A stretch of 21,736 nucleotides of DNA. Source: Arcobacteraceae bacterium. GTDB taxonomy: Bacteria; Campylobacterota; Campylobacteria; Campylobacterales; Arcobacteraceae. The position numbers and the translations under genes are program-made. Shown here one piece after another: positions 1 through 7,494 of this stretch; position 1 is the stretch's first letter; each line of letters opens with the position of its first letter. A model generated the notes under the pieces. It worked only from the letters and a program-made list of their open reading frames with translations. It made no database searches and was not told where the DNA came from. The stretch spans positions 30,362-52,097 of the forward strand of contig JBLWVX010000018.1 of NCBI GenBank assembly GCA_048268245.1. Reading direction: 5' to 3'.

Positions 1-139
1 AACAGATTTCCATTCTACATTAGGTTATAACAAACCTATGAATGTGTATCTTTCTGAGATTGAAAATGTAGCTTAAAATAATAGGTAAAATTGGAATTAA
101 ATTTTATTAAAACTTTTCTTGACTTTTAGTGGCATTATA
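1..139 (+). mobile_element. Right end of an IS3-family insertion sequence (transposase C-terminus plus right terminal inverted repeat)
   Basis: Frame 2 (2..76) reads TDFHSTLGYNKPMNVYLSEIENVA*, resembling the IS3-family C-terminal motif R-x-H-S-x-L-G-Y-x-x-P. It is followed by ...TTTTCTTGACTTTTAGTGGCATTATA (ends 139), similar to IS3-type ends I recall. The DUF488-like homology stops exactly at this point. Confidence 0.7.
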
Positions 140-362
140 CTTTTATCTTCATATCTTGCAGCCAACAGATTACCCATAAATATGTAGCATATTTTATTCT
201 ATTTTAAGTAATATTTAAGATTTTCATATTATATTGGGAAGCAAATTTACTATAAGGTGTACTTCTTATATCGATAATAGTATTTATGCTATTTATTTTC
301 AATAGTGAAATAAAATCATCCATTTCATATATTTAATGTCCTACAGTATGAAGCTGTTTCAA
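140..362 (-). pseudogene. DUF488-family pseudogene, 5' part, truncated by the IS
   Basis: From TTG at 362: KQLHTVGH*IYEMDDFISLLKINSINTIIDIRSTPYSKFASQYN, frameshift, ENLKYYLK*NKICYIFMGNLLAARYEDK. This fits DUF488 motifs (TIGHS, DVRSxPYS, YxxMGxxLGAR). Stops at 333-335 and 199-201. Confidence 0.75.
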
Positions 363-384
363 AAAGTTTTCTTTCTTTAGTAAT

Positions 385-418
385 TTATCTAAATTATCTA
401 AATTATCTAAATTATCTA
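385..418. repeat. 9-bp tandem repeat (TTATCTAAA)x3 plus TTATCTA
   Basis: Read directly at 385-393, 394-402, 403-411 and partially at 412-418. Confidence 0.95.
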
Positions 419-451
419 TATTTTGAAATTAAATTATATGGTTAATTTAGT

Positions 452-493
452 AACTAAGGTTTCATTAAGCGGCATTTCACTTACTTGTTAGAT
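452..493 (-). other. Degenerate, shortened attC-like integron recombination site
   Basis: Minus strand: ATCTAAC (RYYYAAC inverse core) AAG TAAGTG AAATGC CGCTTA ATGAAAC CTTAGTT (degenerate GTTRRRY). It overlaps the 3' end of the 477..902 gene. At about 42 bp it is shorter than typical attC sites. Confidence 0.5.
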
Positions 494-902
494 TACCCCT
501 TAACATAAAATACGCACTGGCTATAAACGGTACTACCAATAATAACGTAGTGACTATATCTGCCACTGTATGATACTGTTGATATAACATTAATAAAAAA
601 TATACCAACAAACTTATGGTTACCCAATACCTAAAACCAACCAATATTTGAATAGCGATTACTAAGCTAACTGACAAAGCTGTATGCGTACTATAGTCAA
701 GACCAACTCCAGCATACCAACCAAAATACTTATCTAGTGCCATAAAGCCATAACTAAAAATTAAGAAAATCACTAAAAGGACACTTGATTTCAATATTTT
801 TGTTTTACCTATATTCTTAGCATTAACTACAGATAAAAAAATAAAACAAATAAGAAGGCCTGGGACATAGGAATCAGCTATTGAATCTAATATTTCATAC
901 AT
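477..902 (-). CDS. Small multi-pass membrane protein with PAP2-like motifs; probable integron cassette gene
   Basis: Several hydrophobic segments. DYSTHTA and YHTVADI resemble PAP2 C2/C3 motifs. The ORF ends NLTSK* over CTAAC, which is typical of cassette ORFs. Confidence 0.65.
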   Translation of the reverse strand: MYEILDSIADSYVPGLLICFIFLSVVNAKNIGKTKILKSSVLLVIFLIFSYGFMALDKYFGWYAGVGLDYSTHTALSVSLVIAIQILVGFRYWVTISLLVYFLLMLYQQYHTVADIVTTLLLVVPFIASAYFMLRGNLTSK

Positions 903-921
903 TTACTACCTACCTATGACT

Positions 922-946
922 GTAATCTACCTATTTATTGAATAGG
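922..946 (-). other. Putative 5' cassette boundary (core site, possible attI crossover)
   Basis: Minus strand GGTAGATTAC (931->922) matches 9/10 the reverse complement of the inverse-core region GTAATCTAAC (496->487). An adjacent small inverted repeat CCTATT/AATAGG lies at 930-946. Confidence 0.5.
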
Positions 947-1184
947 CATTCTATAAATAAAGTACTTAAATTTACCTTATTTATTATATATTCTTAAAAG
1001 AGCCTACTTTAAGGATATTCTTAAAAATATATTACAAGATGCAATATTTTTTCTATATGTTTTTATTATAAATTATAATTTTTATGTATATTTTATGTTG
1101 TTATTTAGTACTTTAATATACATAATGTATGTTGAAAGTGAAAAACCTTACGTTAAATAACATTTCTATAATTTAGGAAATATT

Positions 1185-1409
1185 ATGGGTAAAAAACTAT
1201 TTGATATAATGAGGGGCAAATATACGTATTAAAGATATTGACTTTGCATTTGATAAACTTTATATTTGGGATAGTAAATCTTTAAAAGATAGAGCCTTGT
1301 CTCTTCCATTAAAAATAAAAGGTGAACTTAAAATTCAAGAAGTGCTGAACAAAGATGACATCATGTTTTAATATAACTTTAAGTAGAAATATTAAAAATA
1401 AAACTGTAG
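1185..1409 (+). pseudogene. intI: Heavily deleted integron integrase (IntI) remnant
   Basis: RBS AGGA 1175-1178 and ATG 1185. Collinear fragments in different frames: MGKKLFDIMRGK; NIRIKDIDFAFDKLYIWDSKSLKDRALSLP (1219 onward; tyrosine-recombinase LRxKDIDF...KxxKDR); RSAEQR*HHVL (1338-1370; integron-specific DPRSG..RRHH insert); ITLSRNIK (1373 onward). Confidence 0.8.
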
Positions 1410-1516
1410 AAAGCGATATATTTTATTTAGATTATACTAAATTTAGATGAAGATGTACTAAAAGTACCTCAAATCTAAATTTAATGCAAGATGAATAAAA
1501 GCTATCGCTTTTATTC
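1410..1516 (-). terminator. Nested inverted repeats at the guaA 3' end (terminator or REP-like hairpins)
   Basis: Perfect stem GAATAAAAGC/GCTTTTATTC (1493-1502/1507-1516) spans the guaA stop. Perfect arms TAAATTTAGAT/ATCTAAATTTA (1438-1448/1473-1483). Outer arms AAAGCGATA/TATCGCTTT (1410-1418/1503-1511). Confidence 0.6.
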
Positions 1517-3046
1517 CCACTCGATAGTTGCTGGTGGCTTTGAAGAAATATCATAAACAACTCTATTGATTCCATCAACTTCGTTGATGATTCTTCTTGA
1601 AATTGTTTCTAAGATATCATGAGGGATATGAGCAAATGTTGCTGTCATACCATCTGTTGCTTCAACGATTCTAACACAAACTGTGTTATCGTAAGTTCTG
1701 TTATCACCCATAACACCTACTGATTTTACGTTTAGTAAAACTGTAAATGCTTGCCATGTTTTGTCATATAGTCCAGTAGCATGTAATACGTCTAACATAA
1801 TAGTATCAGCTTTTCTTAAAAGCTCTAAGTCAGGCTTATTTACATCTCCCATAACTCTAATAGCAAGTCCTGGTCCAGGGAAAGGATGTCTACCAATCAT
1901 ATCTTTTGGAAGTCCAAGCTCTAATCCTAAAAGTCTTACTTCATCTTTGAAGATTTCTCTTAAAGGCTCGATTAACTCAAAAGTCATCCAATCAGGTAAT
2001 CCACCTACATTGTGGTGAGATTTGATAGTCTTAGATGGTCCTTTTACAGATACAGACTCAATAACATCTGTATATAAAGTACCTTGTGCTAAGAACTCAA
2101 TACCATCGTGTTTTTTAGCTTCTACATCAAATACTTCGATGAAAGTCTCACCGATGATTTTTCTTTTTGTTTCAGGGTCAGTAACCCCTGCTAATCTTGA
2201 AAGGAAAGTTTCACTAGCGTCAACTGTAATTAAGTCAACACCTCTTGATTTAAACATAGCTTCAACTTGTTCTCTTTCGTTTGCTCTTAAAAGTCCATTG
2301 TCAACAAATACAGGGATTAGTTGGTCACCAATAGCTTCTGCTAATAATGTAGCAACAACAGAAGAGTCAACTCCACCTGATACACCACATAATACTTTTT
2401 TAGATCCTACTTGGTCTTGGATTTTTTTGATTTGCTCTTTTGCAAATGAACCCATATTCCATGTTGATTCACAACCACAAATATGTTTTGCGAAGTTTTT
2501 AAGAAGCTTTGATCCCTCATCTGAGTGGTAAACTTCTGGGTGGAATTGGAATGCATAAATTAATCTATCCATATCAGCAATCGCTGCATAAGGTGAGTTT
2601 TCAGAAGTTGCGATTTTTTCAAATCCTGCAGGAATATTCTCAACTCTATCTCCGTGAGACATCCATACAGTTTGACCATCAGTTGTATCTTTGAAAATAT
2701 CAGATTCTTTCTCAAAGTTAAGTTTTGCTTTTCCATACTCATGATGATCAGCTGGAATTACTGAACCACCAAAGTGTTGAGAAATAAGCTGCATACCATA
2801 ACAAATACCTAGAATTGGAAGTCCAAGTTCAAATACTGTTGCATCTGGGTGATAAGAATCTTCTGCGTAAACTGAAGCTGGACCACCTGAAAGGATGATT
2901 CCTTTTGGAGTTCTTGCCATAATATCTTCGATACTCTCACTATAAGGTACTATCTCAGAATATACACCAGATTCTCTAAGCTTTCTAGCAATAATTTGTG
3001 TATATTGACTACCAAAATCTAAAACTACTATTGGTACATGTTTCAT
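1511..3046 (-). CDS. guaA: GMP synthase (glutamine-hydrolyzing)
   Basis: [35 protein letters not shown] and the C-terminus KPPATIEWE. Confidence 0.99.
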   Translation of the reverse strand: MKHVPIVVLDFGSQYTQIIARKLRESGVYSEIVPYSESIEDIMARTPKGIILSGGPASVYAEDSYHPDATVFELGLPILGICYGMQLISQHFGGSVIPADHHEYGKAKLNFEKESDIFKDTTDGQTVWMSHGDRVENIPAGFEKIATSENSPYAAIADMDRLIYAFQFHPEVYHSDEGSKLLKNFAKHICGCESTWNMGSFAKEQIKKIQDQVGSKKVLCGVSGGVDSSVVATLLAEAIGDQLIPVFVDNGLLRANEREQVEAMFKSRGVDLITVDASETFLSRLAGVTDPETKRKIIGETFIEVFDVEAKKHDGIEFLAQGTLYTDVIESVSVKGPSKTIKSHHNVGGLPDWMTFELIEPLREIFKDEVRLLGLELGLPKDMIGRHPFPGPGLAIRVMGDVNKPDLELLRKADTIMLDVLHATGLYDKTWQAFTVLLNVKSVGVMGDNRTYDNTVCVRIVEATDGMTATFAHIPHDILETISRRIINEVDGINRVVYDISSKPPATIEWE

Positions 3047-3093
3047 ATTTTTATATCCTCTATGTGATTAAATAAAATCATTAATAAGAGCAG

Positions 3094-3099
3094 ATTATA
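3094..3099 (-). promoter_or_regulatory. Candidate sigma70 -10 box for guaA
   Basis: TATAAT on the minus strand about 48 bp upstream of the ATG and downstream of the nhaD terminator. Confidence 0.45.
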
Positions 3100-3141
3100 T
3101 CCAAGTAGAGGTAAATTTATAGTTAAGTGAATTTTTTAAGT

Positions 3142-3180
3142 AAAAAAAAAGCTACCAAGATAAAATCTTGATAGCTTTTT
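3142..3180 (-). terminator. Intrinsic terminator after nhaD
   Basis: Minus strand GCTATCAAGAT-TTT-ATCTTGGTAGC followed by T9. Confidence 0.85.
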
Positions 3181-3200
3181 AAAGAAGTCAAAATAAGTTA

Positions 3201-4586
3201 TTAAGCACCTATTCCAAACATTTGGAATTGAATATACCATACTAAACAAGAGATAATATATCCTACTAAGATAGTCCAAGCATATTTCATATGTGCACCG
3301 AATGTATAAATTCCGTGTAATTTACCCATTACTCCAACACCAGCTGCTGAACCAAATGAAATTAATGATCCACCAACACCTGCTGTTAACACAACTAACA
3401 TCCATTGTGAGTGATCCATTGGTGGGTTTGCTTTTAATACAGCAGACATTACTGGAATATTATCAACAATCGCAGATAAGAAACCAACACCAATATTAGA
3501 CCATGTAGGACCTAATACATTTGGATCATAAACTACTGCTGCTAATGCTAGCCAACCAATAAAGTATAATGCACCAACTGCAGCTAAAATACCGAAGAAG
3601 AACATTAATGTATTATTTTCAATTTTTGCAATTGAATGGAAAATATTGAAGTGCTCAGAACCATACTTTTTCTTAAGTCCATAAGAATAAACTTTAAGAA
3701 CAGCAAGACCAAACATCATACCCCACATTGCTGGTAGATGTAATACTTGGTGAGATAATACTGCTGTTGCAATTGTAAAGATACCTAAGAACATTACAAC
3801 TTTAGCACCCTCAGCCATTTCAGGTTTTTTCTCTTTTTCAGCATCAAAGAAAGGAACTTCTTCAGGAACAAATTTAGATAGAATAAATGCTGTTGCTAAG
3901 TACCCAAGTAATGAAGCTGGTAATAAGAATAAGAAGTCAGCAAAAGTACCTTTTCCTGCTGTCCAAGCCATAAGTGTAGTAATATCACCAAATGGAGACC
4001 ATGCACCACCAGCATTTGCTGCAACAACAATATTAATTGCACCAGGAACTAAGAAGTCTTTTCTTTCTCTCTCAATTGTAACTAAAACAGTAGCTAAAAT
4101 AAGTGCTGTAGTTAAGTTATCAGCAATTGGTGAAAGGAAGAATGCAATAAATCCAGTTACCCAAAATAGTTTTCTATATGTATATCCCTTTGTTACAAGG
4201 TTATATTTAAGTCTATCAAACACCCCCATGTGAATTAACGACTCAATATATGTCATAGCAACAAATAAGAAGAAGAAAATACCTGCAATTTCTAAAATTA
4301 AGTGATTTACTTCACTTTGTAATAATCCAATATCTAAACCGTTTAACGCATAATAAATAGCGATTAAAATAAACATAAATGTACCTATAAATAAAGCAGG
4401 TTTTGCCTTATCGATTTCGTACTTTTCCTCTGCCGCAACAAAGTAGTAACCTATTGCGAAAATAAATAAACACGCAAATCCAACCCATGTCATTGTTAGA
4501 TCTGGTGTTTCAGCTGTACTTACTGCACCACCACCAGCATAAAGCGCTGCTGAAGTAAAAAGTAAAGTCAGTAAAACTTTCAACAT
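3201..4586 (-). CDS. nhaD: Na+/H+ antiporter, NhaD family
   Basis: KAKPAL, SPIADNLTTAL, AANAGGAWSPFGDITT, SAIVDNIP, GGSLISFGSAAGV; many transmembrane helices. Confidence 0.95.
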   Translation of the reverse strand: MLKVLLTLLFTSAALYAGGGAVSTAETPDLTMTWVGFACLFIFAIGYYFVAAEEKYEIDKAKPALFIGTFMFILIAIYYALNGLDIGLLQSEVNHLILEIAGIFFFLFVAMTYIESLIHMGVFDRLKYNLVTKGYTYRKLFWVTGFIAFFLSPIADNLTTALILATVLVTIERERKDFLVPGAINIVVAANAGGAWSPFGDITTLMAWTAGKGTFADFLFLLPASLLGYLATAFILSKFVPEEVPFFDAEKEKKPEMAEGAKVVMFLGIFTIATAVLSHQVLHLPAMWGMMFGLAVLKVYSYGLKKKYGSEHFNIFHSIAKIENNTLMFFFGILAAVGALYFIGWLALAAVVYDPNVLGPTWSNIGVGFLSAIVDNIPVMSAVLKANPPMDHSQWMLVVLTAGVGGSLISFGSAAGVGVMGKLHGIYTFGAHMKYAWTILVGYIISCLVWYIQFQMFGIGA

Positions 4587-6037
4587 TAATTCTCCTTGAT
4601 ATAGTGTGCTCCAAGAGATTTCTCCCTATTTAGAGCAGATGTTAAAATAGATTTTGCCGTAAGCAACCTTAAAAAAAGCAGTCTACCCACATCCTCTTGC
4701 AGATATTTTTCAACTAAGTTTAAGGTTTCCTTGATTTTTTTAGGGTTTCTTACAATTGACGCACTATCCCACATCGACTTTCGTAAACAATTCTTGATTT
4801 CTTTATCAATTTCCTTGTTTCTTACATATGATTTTATATCTTTCGTATAATTTTCATATGATATTTTAAAATTATTTTTTATTGAATCCTCAACTGAAAT
4901 TGATGAAAAGACAACACCTTCAAGTAATGAATTTGAAGCTAATCTATTTGCACCATGCACTCCCGTACAAGCTGCTTCACCAATAGCATATAAGTTTTTC
5001 ATACCTTTAACTTTTGCATCAAGAGTTGTCTCTATTCCACCCATACTATAGTGAAAAGCTGGAGAAATTGGTACCTTATCATAAGGTAATTCATAACCTA
5101 ACTCTTTTAAATTTGCATAGATATTTGGAAATCTTTTTTGAAAGGCTTCTTTTTCAAAGTTTTCAAAAGATAGATATATTTTAGAACCAGTTTTTTTATG
5201 ATAATCAAAGATTGATCTACTTACTATATCTCTAGGAGCTAATTCTCCATCTTTGTGATAAGTAAATAAAAATCTATTATCTTGCTCATCAACTATAAAA
5301 GCACCCTCACCTCTTAAAGCTTCACTTAAAAGTGGCTTTCTAGCAAAGTGTGTACCTTTTACAACTGTTGGGTGAAACTGCATCATTTCCATATCTTTTA
5401 AAGATAAACCTTTTTCTAAAATAATACCTTGTATTTCACCAGCAATTGCTGTAGAGTTTGTATGGTATCTATAAATAGAACCCACTCCACCACTTGCAAT
5501 AATTGTATTGTGGGCATATGCTACTTTTTGTTCAGTTTCATTTATAAAATACTGAACTCCATAACAAATATCATCTTGAATAAGTAAATCATTTACAACT
5601 GTGTTATTTACTATTTCATGTTTACATTGAGATAATAAGAAAGTATGTATCATTCTTCCTGTTGCATCACCATCTGCATGTAAAATTCTACTTCTACTAT
5701 GAGCTGCTTCTTTTGTATAAGCTAGCTTTCCTTTTGAATTTAAATCAAACTGTAAACCTGCATTTATCAAGCTTTTTACAGCTTCTTGTGATTTAGCACT
5801 TAAAAGTTCAACTGCATTTTTGTCATTGTGATTAACACCTGCTGTAAGAGTATCTTGAATATGATCTTTTATATCATCATCATTTACAGCACTAGCTATT
5901 CCACCTTGTGCCCAATAAGTATTACAATCAATTGGCTCTTTTTTACATAGTATTAAAACTTTTTTATCTTCAGGAATTAATCTTGCAGCATTTAATCCTG
6001 CTATTCCTGTACCTATAATAATATAATCATAAACCAT
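4586..6037 (-). CDS. nadB: L-aspartate oxidase
   Basis: GxGxAG FAD motif, WAQGGIA, EAAHSRSRILH, MQFHPT, LLSEALRGEG, ELAPRD, HYSMGG, GVHGANRLASNSLLEG. Confidence 0.96.
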   Translation of the reverse strand: MVYDYIIIGTGIAGLNAARLIPEDKKVLILCKKEPIDCNTYWAQGGIASAVNDDDIKDHIQDTLTAGVNHNDKNAVELLSAKSQEAVKSLINAGLQFDLNSKGKLAYTKEAAHSRSRILHADGDATGRMIHTFLLSQCKHEIVNNTVVNDLLIQDDICYGVQYFINETEQKVAYAHNTIIASGGVGSIYRYHTNSTAIAGEIQGIILEKGLSLKDMEMMQFHPTVVKGTHFARKPLLSEALRGEGAFIVDEQDNRFLFTYHKDGELAPRDIVSRSIFDYHKKTGSKIYLSFENFEKEAFQKRFPNIYANLKELGYELPYDKVPISPAFHYSMGGIETTLDAKVKGMKNLYAIGEAACTGVHGANRLASNSLLEGVVFSSISVEDSIKNNFKISYENYTKDIKSYVRNKEIDKEIKNCLRKSMWDSASIVRNPKKIKETLNLVEKYLQEDVGRLLFLRLLTAKSILTSALNREKSLGAHYIKEN

Positions 6038-6165
6038 TAGTTTTTTTCTTCTTTTAGATTTTGAGATTTTTCACTATCATTTATATAAATTGGATCTCCT
6101 TTGTATCCACATCCATTAAAAGATAATATAAATCCTGCTATAATAAAGTAAATTAAACATTTCAT
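6037..6165 (-). CDS. Small lipoprotein (42 aa), YifL/LptM-like; start moved to ATG 6165
   Basis: MKCLIYFIIAGFILSFNG-C-GYKGDPIY is a signal peptide with lipobox and a CGxKG motif. The longer 6279 start would overlap the divergent gene. Confidence 0.65.
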   Translation of the reverse strand: MKCLIYFIIAGFILSFNGCGYKGDPIYINDSEKSQNLKEEKN

Positions 6166-6254
6166 ATTTTTTGTTACATCCTGTGTACAATATAATTTGC
6201 TTAATGCTACTAAAGAAATACTAATAAAAACCTTATTAAAGGGGACATACACCC

Positions 6255-6833
6255 ATGCAAGAAAAAGAACTTTTAACATTTAAACAAGAACTTAAAAAGA
6301 ATTTTTTCACTTTTGAAGATAAAAAAGTAAACAGAAATATACCAAATTATAGTACTTTCAAAACAACAAATAATGTACTTACTAATATAGCAAATAAAAA
6401 AGAGTTCTCAGAAGTTAGAAAAAGATATAGAGTTCACAATTTTTTAGAAAAAATACTTATCAAAAAAATATTAAACTATATACTTTTTGCATTTTATAGA
6501 AATGAAAAACTTTCAATAGCAGTTTTACACCCTGTTGCACAAAGTGAATTAAACTATCAAAAAAAGATGATTATAGATTATGCAAAAATGGTTCCAGATT
6601 TTAAAGATATAAAAGAAGTTGCTGTTTTCAGATATGATAAATTATACTCTTTTAGTAAAAACTTTGACAAAAAAAGCTTTGATGAGTTCACTTCACCATT
6701 TAAAGAGAAAAAACAAGATGAACCTGAACCATTTTACAATGAAAGAGCCCATGGCATTTTTCAAAATAGCATAAAAGATGAAAAGCTACATGCAAAACTT
6801 GAAGAAATAAGAGAGATTATAAAAAACTCTTAA
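6255..6833 (+). CDS. Hypothetical protein, possibly DciA/DUF721-like
   Basis: 192-aa ORF with a GGGG RBS-like sequence upstream. LSIAVLHPVAQSELNYQKKMII resembles the DciA core. The function is tentative. Confidence 0.5.
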   Translation: MQEKELLTFKQELKKNFFTFEDKKVNRNIPNYSTFKTTNNVLTNIANKKEFSEVRKRYRVHNFLEKILIKKILNYILFAFYRNEKLSIAVLHPVAQSELNYQKKMIIDYAKMVPDFKDIKEVAVFRYDKLYSFSKNFDKKSFDEFTSPFKEKKQDEPEPFYNERAHGIFQNSIKDEKLHAKLEEIREIIKNS

Positions 6834-7410
6834 GTAAGGCTTCTCTTCTTTTGTAATCAGGGCAATAAATCTCAACTAAATCCCAAAACTTTTTTGAGTG
6901 GTTTTTATGTTTTATATGAGCTAATTCATGTATAACTACATACTCCATAACTTCAATAGGAAATTTACAAAGTTGAGTGTTGAAGTTTAGTCCATTTTTA
7001 TGATTACATGAGCCCCAAGTATTTTTGTTTTTTCTATATTTTATTGAAGTTGGATATAGATTCATTCTTTTTGAGTGTTTATCAACTAAATATGGAATAT
7101 ACTCTTTTGCAAGATTTTTATAATAAGTATCTAAATCTTTCACTTTATAATCAGTTTTTTTTTGAACTTTTCCAAAGTATAAAAACTCATCATCTTCTAA
7201 ACTATTTTTTTCTAGCTTTTGCAAACCTGACAAAATCCAGTCTTTCTTTTTTTCTATTAGATTTAATGCGTCAAACTTTGTGAAGTAGCTATTTGCCTTA
7301 ATTTGAATACTATTTTGTGAGGTTACTCTAAGATAACAATGCTTCATTCTTTTTTTATTTAAAAGTTCAACATTTACAGTTAAAGAATCAATATTTATTT
7401 CAAATTTCAC
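6817..7410 (-). CDS. M48/YgjP (DUF45)-family zinc-dependent hydrolase
   Basis: WGSCN and EYVVIHELAHIKHKNHSKKFW (HExxH). GTG start. Confidence 0.9.
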   Translation of the reverse strand: MKFEINIDSLTVNVELLNKKRMKHCYLRVTSQNSIQIKANSYFTKFDALNLIEKKKDWILSGLQKLEKNSLEDDEFLYFGKVQKKTDYKVKDLDTYYKNLAKEYIPYLVDKHSKRMNLYPTSIKYRKNKNTWGSCNHKNGLNFNTQLCKFPIEVMEYVVIHELAHIKHKNHSKKFWDLVEIYCPDYKRREALLKSFL

Positions 7411-7446
7411 ACTATACCTTAAGTATTATTTTTGTATAATCTGCGA

Positions 7447-7455
7447 ATTATATCA
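7447..7455 (-). promoter_or_regulatory. Extended -10 promoter candidate for the YgjP-like gene
   Basis: TGaTATAAT on the minus strand. Plus-strand TATAAT boxes at 7435-7440 and 7462-7467 could serve the divergent aminotransferase. Confidence 0.5.
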
Positions 7456-7494
7456 TAAAAATATAATGTAAATTATATGTGAGGAAGAAGATTT

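Noticed and set aside
385..418. Possible CRISPR array or iterons
   Set aside because: Contiguous 9-bp units with no spacers, and no cas or rep gene nearby.
1185..1516. P4-type integrative island at the guaA 3' end (a known hotspot)
   Set aside because: The integrase remnant has integron-type motifs, and I found no duplicated guaA 3' end in the window.
3047..3140. Purine riboswitch upstream of guaA
   Set aside because: The leader is short and AT-rich with no recognisable aptamer consensus.
1761..3499. Track ORFs 1761..2018, 2022..2531, 2509..2694, 2560..2742 and 3293..3499
   Set aside because: Antisense or out-of-frame shadows inside guaA and nhaD with no motifs.
6166..6279. N-terminal extension of the 80-aa track ORF
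   Set aside because: It overlaps the divergent gene, and the lipoprotein signal begins at ATG 6165.
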